NCBI GenBank assembly: GCA_028534125.1 | Contig: CM052818.1 | Span: 47,804,001-47,868,000, forward strand | DNA length: 64,000 nt | DNA from: Lama glama | Taxonomy: Eukaryota | Reading direction: 5' to 3' | In this document: positions 12,001-25,092 of the stretch, piece after piece | Layout: each line of letters begins with the position of its first letter | Numbering within the stretch: position 1 is the first letter of the stretch | Position numbers and translations under genes: made by a program | The notes under the pieces: model-generated | What the model was told of the DNA's origin: nothing | What the model saw: the letters and a program-made list of their open reading frames with translations, nothing else | The model's database searches: none

Positions 12001-15000
12001 ACCGTGGTGGTTGCCGGGTTCCTCCTCATCTTCCCTGAACCCTCTCTCTTCCACCAAGCAAACTAGGGGTGGAGAGGGGAAAGGAGGGAAGATTTCTAGG
12101 ACAGCGGCCCCAAAACCCAAGAATGAAAGTCACCACGTTGGCGGGACCATCTAGAAGATTCCAGAAATGGAAGCAACGTTCTATCTCTGGGAGGCTGGGT
12201 TGGAATGGCGTTCAGAGAGAGCCGGGCCACCCTCCAACACAACAGGGGCAGGCCTGGCCCAGACCCACAGTGCTGGCTGTCAGTTCCCAGGTCCCGAATT
12301 TGACCCTGACTGTCTAATTTGCCTGGATAACTGGGACACATCCTTCAAGTCCCAGTCCGGCATCACCGGATCCCGCGGGCAGGCTCCTCGCCATGCCCCG
12401 CTGCATGGCGCACACCAGCCCCAGTGCTAGAACAATTTGTGACTTTAGCCCCCAAGACCGTAGCCTCCTCCAGGTCACAGAATATCTCCTTTTCCACAGG
12501 ATTCTGGGTCCCCGGCAGCTTCAACATGTGCCACGTGCCGGGCCTTGGACACCGTAACTGCTCTTCCTCTCCTCCTCTGTAGGTCGGGGACAGTACCGAC
12601 GCCTGTCCTGGGGGCTGCATGAGAACTGGGTCCTCCGTAGCATGCACAGCACTTCCTCCCGGCACCTGGTGATGGGAAACGCTACCTGGGCACCCATTGC
12701 TTCCTGGCTCCCCAGAGCCGAAGTCCGGGAGACTACAATAAACACACAGGCTGGCACGCTTCCTATGCCATCCAGGAACTTATTCTTTGTAACACTGCAG
12801 CCAGCTTGTCAGCTTAGAGGAAGCCCTGCTCTCTGCGTCTGTGGGCCATTCAGGAAACACAATCCAGCTCAGGCTTTATATTCCAAGAAAGAAGGAAGAT
12901 GCAGCTTTTATCACCCAGGAACCGCCCTTTTCAAAGCCTCATCTCTCATCATCTTTGAAGAAAGCCATTGTGAAAATTAAAAAAAAAAAATTCTTCTTGC
13001 AAATAGCCTTAAAAATGGTTGCACTGGTGAGCAGCCCTGCAGTATTGATTTTCCTGGAAAAGACCTTTAAAGCAGCACATTTTTCTTTCTGGATCTTGGA
13101 AACCACTTAGGCCAACACCTTAGTTTCGCTGTTGAAGGAACTGGGGCCACGTAAGGAGGTCAGGACACTTGCCCAAGGTCACAGAGCTGGGTCAGAGAGC
13201 TGCACAAGCTCTGTCCTCCCGCCCAAGTCCCCAGCAGGTCTGGGGACAGTTGCTTCAATCTACTTTCTCCATCTAATTAAGAAAAGGTATTCATGTGTGT
13301 CCATAATGCAGAAACCAAGGAGAGAGGAGACTGGCTCCAGAAATGATTACCTCAAATGACTTTTTTAGTCTTAAAGGAAAGAGAAGAGCCTTCAACTTAG
13401 TTCTCGGATCTCCCAGGCAGGAAACTACCCAAGTGAACACGGGGAGGTCCATCTCCCTCAGAGGCACTTCATTCTATTCACAGCCCCTCAGCTGCGGCTG
13501 CTATTCCACAGCCCAGGGGTCCAAGGGAGGTCCTTGCTGGGCCACATGCCCTGGAAGAGTTTGAGGCCTCCGCACATCACCGATCCCCAGGGCAGCTGAC
13601 CCATCTCCATCCTCCCGAGTTCAAGTTTGGAGCAAGAGAACAGCAGACCGTCCAGAGAGCTGATGCCACAGCCTTCTGTGTGGCTGGGATCCCGGACCCT
13701 CCCCTTCGAGTCTACAATGTCCCAGTGTCCTCATAGTCCCAATGGGCAGGCTGGGCTAGGGATCCGTGATGCCATCCAGCTCTGTGGCTCTCAGCCTACG
13801 TGACAGACGGGCAGACCTCCTCCTGTCTCTGTACCAAAGGGAAAGGCTCCCAAGAGGGAAGGGAAATTTGAACAAAAGGCAGTGGGGCCAAATTATGAAC
13901 CACAGTGGAAAAAACAGGCCACGTGCCTCCTAGCTCCAGGCCCTGCCGCTGTGTGGCTCTGGGCACGTTCAAGCGCTGGACGCCAGCAGCTTCAGCTGAA
14001 GGGTGTGAGGTCCCTTCCAAGTCCCAAAGCACACTGAGTCCCCGCGACAAGCCCTGAGCTCAAGTAAAGAGGTGGGGGCAGCAACTACACACGATCAAGC
14101 CGAGGGCACTGGAACACTTCTGTAAAACGCGGATGTGAAAGCGCTCTTGTGGTCTTCAGACCCCCAACTGCATGGCGCAGGGCGTCTGCACGATTCATCC
14201 CCTGGCTGAAGCTCCGCCCCCAGCACCTGAGTTCACCCTCATAGGTTCCCCTTCCCCTATCAGTGCCATCCGGGCAGTGACATTTGAACCAGAGTTTCTT
14301 CAAACAAACTTTCAAACTCCAATTTGCTGGATCTAGAAAACTCCCCTTCCGTTAAAATTAGGTCATTTGCATCGTGTTTTTTCTGAGGTTCTCCAGGCCT
14401 CAGATAAGGGGTCCAGGTGGGAGCCCCTGCTGGGGGCTGAAGACCACACACCTCACACTGGAACCCCTCAACGCAGCCTTCATCACTCTAAAGCAGGGCC
14501 CAGCTCACTTTCTTCCTCCAAAACCATCAACAGCTCCCACTGCCACAGGATCAAGACCTAAGTCGGCCTGGAATTCCAATTTTCAAGATCGACCCTCACC
14601 TGATCGTTCTAGTCATAATTCGTTTGCACTCTTTACAAAATAATGAAAACAAAAATCGAAAAGTTGCCAGGAAACTGCAGAATACCAGGTCCCCATTCTC
14701 CGGACCAGGGCAGGCGCACAGTCACTGGAGCACGTGGGCTGCAGGCCCGTGGGAAAGCTCAGAGCAGGCCCCTCGTGTCCCCTCCCCCTCCCTCTGCCCC
14801 GCTGCTCCCTCTGGCCTGGGCCCTTCCTGCCACCCTGCGCCTGCGCCACCTGCAAGCTTTGACTCAACATCCCTCCTCACACACCCGCCTCTCCTCTCTG
14901 GCCTCTCCCGCCGGGGAGCTCCCGCAGCTCCAAGGCTCTGGACCGCCTCACTTTCAGCCTCACACTTTACTTGTCAGCACAGCTCATCTGCGGGCTGCCC

Positions 15001-15399
15001 CTCCAGCCAGATTCACTGGAATGTGTCCTTGTTGGATCCCCAGGCCCCACTCCTAGGACAGGGCTTCCTGCCCACAGCTGTTCAGAACTAGGTGTGGGGT
15101 CGGTTTTCGGCGCAGGGACCAGGCTCCCCTCCACTTCCAGGGCAGGAGCCACCGGAACACCCCCTGGGGCCTTATTTAACTCTCTCCCTTACCCGGCCGG
15201 CGGCCGTAGGCCTGGCACAAAGCAAGCTTGGGATATCCGCTGAGGGGGCTTTTTAGTAGTAGTATGCACCGGGCAAAGGGCAGGGAGAAAGAACTTTGGA
15301 GAGACCACCATGAGCTCTGTCTAGGGAGATTCTCAGGGTGCAGTTAAGTAACGCTTTCCTCCCCGTGACCCCGAGCCTCCAGGCTTGCCTGAACCATTA

Positions 15400-16450
15400 G
15401 AGCCGGGCTCCCAGGATGGTGCCCAGGAGCCGGGGAGCCACTGCTGGAAGATGGGTTGAGGAGACCCGCAAGGAACTTTCGGCGCGCCCCTCGGGAGGGG
15501 CAGGCGTGGAGGGAGGGAGGCGGGCGGTCGCAGTCGTCACTGGGCGCTGGGATGTGCATCGCAGAGGACCTGGGGCAGCGGCCCACCCGGCCGGGCTGAC
15601 CTTCCCCCCGCCTCCCCGCGGCCCGGCGGGTCGCCCTTGCCAGACAACGTCCACCGCGACGGTCACACGGCCCCCAACCCGGAGCCGCCCCCGGCCACCC
15701 TACCGGCTGGAGCGCAGGGACGCGGCGCTGCGGACCCCTGGGGCCGCGGAAGCGGGCTCCGGATCCCCAAGGGGCCGCGGCACCGGAGCCACCGAGGCGC
15801 AGGGCCAGCGCGGCGACCTCGGCCGGACCCCGCCATCGCCCCCGCCCGACCCCACCCCCCTCGGGTGCCTCGGCCGCGCCCGGCTCCGGGGAGGCCGACA
15901 CAAAGGGGCGCGCGTCACCCACCTGGTCCCGCGCGGCCGGGGCCCGGGGGCCGCCGCTGCTGCTCGCCGCGGGCGGGGCTCCGAGCGCGGCGCCGAGGTC
16001 CGCTGTGCCGGCCGGGGGTCCGCGCCGCGCGTCCGCCGCCCGCGCCGCCCCGCCCGGCGCCGCCCTCGATTCCCGGCCGCCCTCCAGCCGGGGCGCACCG
16101 CCCGCGGGGGGAGAGTGGGCGGCGGCGCCGAGCGGCACAAAGACGCGGGGCGCTGAGGCGCGGCCCGAGCGCAGCGCCCCCTGCCGCCCGCCCTCGGCCG
16201 CGCAGGCCCGCCGAGACGCCCGCTCACCCAGGGCCACCCGGACCTCACGCCGCGCAGCGGAGCACGAGGTGCCTCGTCGCGTGGCGGCCAGGAGACGGTC
16301 CCTGATGCCAACACTCTGCGGCTAAAAGCGCAGCAAGCTGGGGACGAAACGGTGACCCCAGAGCACGCTTAGCCAGCGCGCGGATGGAGGGCGCCCTGGG
16401 CTGGGCCAGCGGGGCCAGGGCTCACTCCAGCCACGGACCAGGCGTTGGGG
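15400..16450 (-). promoter_or_regulatory. RNF144A: CpG island; probable RNF144A promoter and non-coding exon 1 (candidate donor CAG|gtgggt at 15923/15922 on - strand)
   Basis: The CpG island is seen directly. The gene identity is inferred only from the conserved CMPK2-RSAD2-RNF144A order, because no RNF144A coding exon is in the window. Confidence 0.6.
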
Positions 16451-18587
16451 GCGGGGGAGGCGGGCTTCCCGGAACCTCCGCTGGATGCCCTGCCGTGTGA
16501 GGACCTGGTGATGAAGGCTGAGGGCCCTTCCTCGCCAGCGTCACGTGAACTGCCTCTCCATCCCACTGCCTACCTGATGGCTTTGACGGATGGAAGCGAG
16601 GAGGCGACTTGTCTGATCCCTCTGTTCTGTGGATTCCCGAGATCCAGGCACACCCAGATACTTCCTATTCTTAGGGTTTCTAGCTTGTTAGAGTCAAAGA
16701 TCTTTGAAGGTGGAATTTTCCTGTAAGAGTTATTTTGGCCACTCCTTCTGGGAGCTGGAAGTTAAACAAGTGTTAAATTATATGTCTCCGGCAGGCACAG
16801 CTGAACAAAACCTATTGGTATGTATGAAAGAATGCCTCCTTTAATGGACAGACTCTTTTCTTCAAAAGTGTGGGAAAACCCAACATCATATCTTTCCTCC
16901 TCAACACCAAGCCCTCCGCACTGTCTGCCCTGAATTCTAGTGCCGTCACCTACCAGCCCAGTGACCTTCAACAAGTTACTGAACTTCCCTGTGCTTCCGT
17001 TTTCTTATATGAAAAATGCAGATGGTCAGAGAGAGCTTGTTAGGGATTAAATAGGCAAATATACATAAAGCCATCTCAAAATAACTGCAAAGTTGTAAGG
17101 ACTCCATAGTCTGGGCTCTTATTTGTTTCATTTTCCCCCAGTTAAACTAGAAGATTCTTAACTATTCTGGCAATCTGTATAATTTGTCTTTCCCCACTAC
17201 ATACACATATTAAAAAAAAACATAAATCTGTCTCATCCACATTGAGAAGCTATTCTGGTAAATATTTCCCCTCCCTAGATACGAATTCTGATGTCTCTGT
17301 CAAATTCTTTGTGCAAATGTCATCGTTCAAGAAAAAGGCACTACAGGAAAAACTCTCACAGCACTGCGTTGCTCAGCCTCTCACTGGAAGATGAAAATGG
17401 TTCCGAGTAAAGGCCTGAGCTTTGCAGCAAATATACTCTCGCCTCCCTCCTCTGCAGTGGTCGGGACGCCAGGGAAGTACTGGTGTGATGCTGCCTATGA
17501 ATGAAGGGCTAAATGAATGAGGGATGGACGGCAGGAAGCACACAGGGAAGACGATGCGGGCGTTTCTGCGGTGAGCAGGGGCACAGGTTTGAAGCCAGCG
17601 GCTGGGGCGGAGGATCGGGGGCCGGCAGGGAGAGGGCTGAGGTACAAAACCAACGCCTCACCTCTTGCCCAGCTGTGGCACTGAGACCTATGAGTGCTTA
17701 TGCAGTGACGCGCGTGTGACTTCATTCCTATGTTTGTTTTTGTTAATACGATTGTTGTGGGAGAGATGGGGAAAGAAGACCTCATCGCCGATAGTCCAGT
17801 TCGCGGCAGGCTGCACGACGTCGCTCTGTGCTCTGTGAAGTCCTCCTAACCCATCGCTGCTTTCCCCATCTCCAGATCTCTGAGGTTGTGCAATAGTGTG
17901 CCTCCACGCTGATGGTGGCATGTTACACTTCGTATTTTGGATATTTACTGTCTGATTATTAGGTCATAGGTTCTGTAGAAGAGCAGTGATGTAACTGTAT
18001 GGAATTTCCCGTAAGGCCTTGAGCACACTTGGTGCTCAATAAATAAAGACTGGAATCATCTGCTCTGGGCTGGGCCACCAGGCAACCTTCCTGGTCTTCT
18101 CCAGTAAGCTGCCTGTGTCTCTCAAGGTCACATCCAACCCATCACTGGTTGGTGTTCAGTCCAGCCCTCTGCACAGGTCATGGCTCTCAACCATCTCACC
18201 CAGTGGTTTGTCCTGTCAGGTTCATTTAAAAGCTACCCATTGTTCCTGAGTGTTTGTGCCCATGGACATGTGACATCGTTCACTTTCTGAACGAGCGTCT
18301 TTTTAATTACCTACTAAGGGCGAAACTCTGTGCTAGATGGTTATGGGCCAGGGCATCAGTGCTGCCGCAGTAAGTGGTCCCGAGGCTGGAGAAGTGGGAA
18401 TCCACTCTGAAGTTCCTTCTCTAGACACAAAATTGAGGGAAGCTCTCAATTCACACTCGTGGCTTAAAATTAAAACTCTTTAGACAATGGAATTTGTATG
18501 AATTTGTAACCGGACATTCTGAATGCACAGAAAATTCACATTTCTTTAACTTTTAAAATTAACTTAAATTAAATGCCAGCTTTTGTA

Positions 18588-18682
18588 GGGGGGCGTAGAG
18601 CTCAGTGGTAGAGTGCATGCTTAGCATGCACAAGGCATGCACGAGGTCCTGAGTTCAACCCCCAGTACCTCTGTTTAAAAAG
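18588..18682 (+). mobile_element. tRNA-derived SINE (Vic-1-like) with a short internal duplication
   Basis: agctcagtggtagagtgcatgcttagcatgcacaaggcatgcacgaggtcctgagttcaacccc. Confidence 0.85.
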
Positions 18683-19553
18683 ATGAAAATTTGAAGAAGC
18701 AGTGATTTCAAATTTCCCAAATGTGTTGAAAATAAAAATGTAATTCTACATACTACAACCTTCGGAGCAAACACTAAAACTATATAAAGAGAATTAGAGC
18801 AAAAGAAAAAATGGAAGAAGCAAGTTGAGTATTAAAAAAAAAAGATTAAATGTGGGTTATTTTTCTGATTGCCTCTCCCCAGAGACACGCGAGAATCTGG
18901 GGGACTTTGCAGTGCTGGGAAGTGGGATGTCACCTGTGATTCTTAGCCCATCGCCTGGTCCGCCGGCAGTCTCCTCCTCCAGGCACGCCATCCCTTTCAA
19001 GCAGCCATGCTCAGTTTCTCTTTCAGGGATGCAGGGATGCAGCTTCCAAAGGGGGCTGAGAAGCTGAGAGCTTCTGCATGTCCCAGGGCTATGCCAAGTC
19101 CCTGCCACTCTCAGGGCTTCTCAGGAAACCTTCCTCTGTCCACCTCCCACCTCCCTTCCTTCAAAGGCTGCCTGTCTTTCTCTCCCAGCTAGATGTCCCA
19201 AATAAGCTCTTCACGTAAGACAGAAATTCAGGGAGACTGCCTTCTGCTCCGCAAACACTCCTGGAGCTAGAAAAATTGCAAAGCTCAAGATATTTTCTCA
19301 GGACACCAGGAGAGAAAATGCAAAAAAGCAAACCTACCTCACTATCCAATAAAATATGTAGCCGAAATAGCAAAGCATATAACCATCAAATTGTGCGTCT
19401 GAAATATAAGTAGTTTACTGTACACAAATTACACCACAGTAAAGTTGTTTAAGGAAAAAAGGCATAACAGCTTAAGGAAGAAAAACGAAAGTTCAGGAAA
19501 GAAAGGGCAAGCGAAGGAGGAAATCCGTCCTTGCCGTCAGTCAACAACAGCAC

Positions 19554-19745
19554 TGCTGGGGGTGTTGAATGGTGTCCCCCAGGTTCGTGTGTTGAAGTTC
19601 TAATCTCTACCACCTCCCCACATGACTTTTTGGAAATAGGGTCATTGCGGGTGTAACGAGTTCAGATGAAGTCACGCCGGAGCCGAGTGGGCCCTAACCC
19701 CATGTGACCGGTGTCTTCCTACAGAGGGTACGTTTGAAGACAGAC
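19554..19745 (+). mobile_element. MLT1-like LTR fragment
   Basis: ttgaatggtgtccccc...ttggaaatagggtcattgc...gggccctaa...tgaccggtgtc. Confidence 0.7.
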
Positions 19746-20010
19746 GGCTGCCCGAGCTGACTGAGACAGGTCAGTTCAGCACAAACAGTGTTTGAGTAAA
19801 GGGACATCTGAGTTGTGATGTAAGGAGCAATGAGATTTCCCTCCCAAAAATACCCAGCTCCAACTTCACAGATACACACACAGGGGTCTCCTGGCTCCTC
19901 AGTAGCAGCTTGTGGGGAGAAGTTCTAGGAAACGTCGTTGCAGCACAAACGTCAAGAGAGAAGGGACAGAGGTCGCTCTAGTCAGGCGTGGCGCTAAGGG
20001 GGGTTCGGGG

Positions 20011-20940
20011 TGAGATATGGTGATTTTTTTCTTTAGTGGAGGTACTGGGGAGTGCACCCAGGGCTTCATGCGTGCTGAGCATGTGCTCTACCACTGAGCT
20101 AGACCCACCCCCACCGGGATATTATGATTTATAACAAAAAAATGTATTTTTGGCCCTTATCATTCCTGACACAAAGCTCCTAAAACACTTGCAATTTCTT
20201 TGGAGTGGGTGATGACACCAAAAAAGGTATCTTTTGCTATGTTATTGTGGGGACTTCTGGAGAGCCCCTAGGTCACTTACGGTGGGGCTGATTGCCAGGG
20301 CACCCAGCCATGTGATTGTAGGGTTAGAACTCTCGTTCCCACCCCTAAACTTCCAGGTGGGGGAGGGGGTTGAAGGTTGAGTCCAATCACCAAGCGTCAA
20401 TAAGTTAACCAGTCATGCTCATGTAATGAAGCCTCCGTGAAACCCCCAAAGGACAGGAGTTCAGAGAGCTTCCGGGGTGGTGAACACCTGGGGATATGGA
20501 GAGACAGGTGCATCTGGAGACACTGGCGAACCGGGTACCAGTGCATCCTTTGCCCAGACCTCGTCCTGTGCATCTCTCCCATTGGCTGCTCCAAAACTGT
20601 ATTTTTGGGTAATAAACCGGTAGTCTGCTAAGTGAAATTTTCTCTGAGTTCTATGAGCTGGTTCAGCAAAGTAACCCTGTCCTGGGAGGGGGTCCTTGGA
20701 TCCTCGAGTACAGCTGATCAGTCAGAAGCCTGGGCAACAATGTGCACTTGTGATTGGCATCCCAGTTGGGGGTGATGGGGGCGGTCTTGTGGGACACAGC
20801 CCTTAATCTGTATAATCTGATACTCTTGCCAGGAAGAGTGTCAGAACTGAGTTGAACTGTAGGACAAACATCCAGCTGGTGTCGGAGAATTGCTTGGTGG
20901 TGCGGAAAAAGCTCACACATCAAATTGGGAGCAGAATCTG
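20011..20940 (+). mobile_element. MER21-like ERVL LTR containing a nested - strand SINE at about 20030-20113
   Basis: agctcctaaaacactt...agccatgtgatt...gtaatgaagcctcc...gagagcttcc...gtgtcagaactgagttgaa...cagctggtgtc motifs. Confidence 0.75.
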
Positions 20941-23247
20941 ACAAGGACAAGTCAAGATGGCCCTGGGTGAAAAAAATACATCACTTTTGGACAGTTCCCT
21001 CGGTGCCCCAGGAATGAGCCTGCAGAGAAGCTTTATTTTTATCATGATATATAGTTTTTTCCAGATAAAGTGAATTCCCAGAGCTCGAATTGTACTCATA
21101 TCCATAAACAAATATGTAAACAATCCAAAAACCAAAGTTAGTGATTTTTTTCAACTTAACTATGGTTTTTAGAATGTCACTGAATCTCCTCTCATCTTTT
21201 AGTGTGAATTGTTAAGAACTGGCTGTTCTCATTAAAGTATAAGGACGCTAATTGGCTTTAAAAAGCCTTGAGAAGATACTGTGTGGAAAATAAAATACAG
21301 TATGAGTTGAGTTCCATTAAAAATATACACAGCTGGAAAGACGTGAAGTGAATTAACAGTTATCCCTGGGTGATACAACTATGAGTAATTCTTCTTCTCT
21401 TCATTTTGTTTTACTCTGTTTTTCATGTATTTCCAAATGCATTTCCTTCTGGAATCACGGGGAGAAGTGTGGTTAATCTTCTTCTGATCTTTCAAATCCA
21501 TCTCAGTGGCATCTGAGTTGGACTTGCTATGTGGGTTTTCTGAGTAATTTCCCCTTCTTTTGCCCTGACTGGTAGGCACGCTCCGGCAGGGGCACGGCAC
21601 TGGGTTGCGCAGCCCAGACGTGCTGGCTCTCCGCGGGCCGGCCACCGTGATCGCGGACCTGTGCTGCCCCTTGAGTCTCTTTCACTGTCTTCAAGCCCCT
21701 GGATCTGCCCCCTGCCCTGAGGGCTGGAGCCCAGGGTTGGGCTTATCCAGGATGGGGAAAGGCAGTGAGCCCATATCCTTCCTGTAGAAGTGAGTACTTG
21801 TAACCAGAGGTCAAGTGCAAGGATGTGCCAGGGAGAAGGCTGCATGTCCCGGGAAGACCGATCTGAGTCTGGAGGGCGTGAAGCAGTCACTGGAGCCAGG
21901 CATGCAGAGCGCTTGGCTCCGGGAGCCGGGAGAGGGATGACGGCGAAGAAGAGAGGCTGACGGTGGAAGCAGATACCAGGCTGGCCTGGTGCATCCAGGG
22001 TGTCAAGGACTGAGTGGGTGACTCAGAACTGGGGCTCTTGGGCTGAGACGCCCGCTGTTTGGATTGCTGATCGGGTCACACGGAGAACGGTGGTTCTCGG
22101 CCCACCCGTATGCTGGGCTGGTGCCCACCTGCTGCTGTCTGCAGCAACTCACTCCTTCTGAAAGGGCCGGGTTTGGGGCACTGGGTCCCCAGGATGCTGG
22201 CTTTCACTTTAGAACACAAGGAGTACTTTCCCCAGTGGCTCATCTCTGCCCCATCTTGCCGAGAAGGCTGTCTGAAATGTGTGTATTAATTATTGATAAC
22301 CTTGTTGATTTTTAAAGTGTACTTGCCTTGAGCAATGGTGGTTTGTAAAAGCATGCAATTACCTTAAGCACACGCCAAGGAGAGACTTCACTACACTGAC
22401 CCACTGAGAATGAAGGTAATCTACAAAAAATACTTTAATATGTTACAGCACCTTATAATACAAGAGACCAATAGTCAACAGCATCACATATGGAGAAAAA
22501 AAAATATATATATATATATTTCCTTAAAACTGAGGCCTATAAACACTCAAGACAAAGCTTTAAAATCTTAGTGAATTAAACAGTCCTTTCAACAGAGGGC
22601 GATGAATTATTGCCTAAAACAGCCTCACTGAGAATTTGTCCGCTTGTTTTAGGACCATGATTCTCTCTATTAACCCAGCAACCAGACTCCAAACTCCAGA
22701 CAGTCAGACTAGGAGCCTCCATTTCTGATGAGTCAGCCACACGATTTCACTCATCTTCCAACTTAAAACAGGTGACTTTCATGTCATTTACCACTAAACA
22801 ACAGAGGCGAGTCTTACTTTTTAAACCATATGCTATCACTAATGTCTGATCTCTGTTAGGTTTCGTAAGACAAGATTTCATCCATATTATTACAGCCTAA
22901 ACTAAGCAAGAGTTGAAATCACCGCAGAATACTTGACCTTAACACCTAAGTTGAGATACCTCGGTTAAATTGCCCTTTGTTTTTCTAATGAAACGGAATC
23001 TATCTCATGAAGCTGACACTCATGTTTAAAAACCAGGAAGAAAAAAAAATAGCACAAAATGTTACGTAATCCGAACTTGAATTTTACTCTAATGCTAAAA
23101 GTTCCTATTTCAGCCCCTTCGGAAAAAATGAACATTGGAATATTTGAAACATTAAGGCTATGAAAATCCTGACAGTGCATAAGGAAGGGGGCAGCGGTGT
23201 AAAAACACCTGGAAAATGTATTTAAATAGCTTATTTTTCAAGTGCAG

Positions 23248-23253
23248 TTTATT
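23248..23253 (-). terminator. Probable RSAD2 polyadenylation signal (AATAAA on - strand)
   Basis: tttatt on + strand about 1.7 kb past the stop; the first such hexamer I could find downstream of the stop. Confidence 0.55.
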
Positions 23254-24927
23254 ATTTATACTCCCATCTGAGGAAAGAGAAACGCAATTTCCCTCAGATC
23301 GAGTGAAACTGACTTCAGCTCAGGGGATCTGGGCTTCAGATCCAGGCTTTGTTTCAGATCATAATGATTGGACACCTACTGTATGCCAGACAGCATCTCT
23401 GTGCTTTCCCATACGTGCCCTTTCTCTGTTGAAAAACGTTGCCGATCAGCAAAGTACACTCATTCTAAGTTAAAAAAAAGGAACCTTATTATGTTTATAC
23501 TGATTATATCAAGGTCATCATTACTTAGATATGCTCAAGAACCCGCAAGGGGAAAATGTATTCCAATTCTTTTTCTTTTCTTTCTTAAAAACATAAAATA
23601 AAATGAAAAATAGATGGCAATCATTCTTTTGCAGACAGGACACAATTCAGCTGAATTAGTGTGACTTAAAATTTGAAGTAGGAATATCTTTTCTGAGGGA
23701 AAAAAAAGAGGGAAAAACCAAACTTTCAAAGTCACCAAGTCTCAAAAATAGATTTTGAAGCAGAATTTCTGCTGGGGGCTCAACGGAATCAGGCAACATT
23801 CAAACGCCACCTAGTGACCAACGCTGGAATGGCAGCGGGATTAAAAATTCTTGAGTGAAAAATCATCCATGATACTGCTTTTTTAAAACCAGGACAGAGA
23901 ATTATTATTTTTCTAAGCAATGGGATGCTATCTAGGTTACATAAATAATAAGTTGCAAGTGATATTTTCGCAAGGGAAGGATTTTGTTCCTTGACCCAGT
24001 TCAAGGGGCATTTTCCGTCCAGCTTTATCTTCTTGCGAGAACAGGCAGACACTGGATCCTCCCACACTGGCCGCGATTACAGGCGTGTCTCAGGCGATTC
24101 AGAGTTAATTGAGGAATGCTATATTGTGCCACGGCTTCGTTTACAGAAAAAATTCAGGCACACTCTACACTTTTCATCACGCTCTTTCCTCCACGTGTAC
24201 CCCGTGCTTTTACAAAACAGCTCATGCCAATCCAGTAAGCTGCCCCTTTCCAGGGGCATGGGGACAACCATCTATGTGAATAAGCTTTCATGTTGTTGCT
24301 GGACAGATTCAGCAGACTCACACCACAATCCAAGCCCTGACTCCGTGGCCGCTTCATCATGAAACCTTGTTTTTGCTAAGAATCTCGGAAGAGAAAGGGG
24401 ACAGTAGAGATCACTCACATTCCTGGGATAACCTGCACGGGCCGGGGCCCTGCAGAGCACCGGCAGGCAGGCTGTCTCCTCCTGGGTGCTCACTGAAGAT
24501 GAGTAAGATTATCATCTCTCATTCCTTGAAACATCCGTGGACTATTTCTAAACTTCTGGGTAAAAAGTCCAAGATTGCAGCCATGTAAAGGCAGCTCCCA
24601 ACAAGCAGAAGTCATTGGGGGAGAAAATTTGTACTTCTTCCAGATGTGCAAATAACTGAGTATCAGAGGAAGAGACTGGGGAAATGACTTCAAAATGGAA
24701 ACACAGTAGCCCCAGGAAACACGACTCAAACGTCAAGCCCCGAATAAGCTGATTAACGAAGCCAGTGGGCTTGCACGACCTCGGGATTTCAATCATCCAA
24801 GTTATTTACGGGTTCAGTCACCACAGGCAACCAGATTCCACGTGCAACTGAAAATCGGATTTGGGGTCCCTGAGCAACGTTGGTGGGAGCGTGGGGTCCC
24901 AGGGGGTCCCCACAGAAGAGCTGGGCT

Positions 24928-25092
24928 TCACCAGTCCAGCTTCAGGTCCGCCTTGCTCCACACGTATTTCCCGCCTCGCTTCAGAAACATCTTCTCATCA
25001 AAGCCACTGAATTTGATGGCTTCTTCTACGCCAACATCCAGGATGGACTTGGAAGGATCCTTCCGCCCGTTTCTACAGTTCAGGAAGCGCAT
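24928..25092 (-). CDS. RSAD2: RSAD2 exon 6 coding part
   Basis: ttcctag|ATGCGC encodes [57 protein letters not shown] at 24930-24928. Confidence 0.96.

Noticed and set aside
15344..16314. Several overlapping 200-300 aa ORFs on both strands
   Set aside because: Low-complexity Pro/Arg/Gly/Ala translations caused by stop-codon scarcity in a CpG island; no recognisable domain
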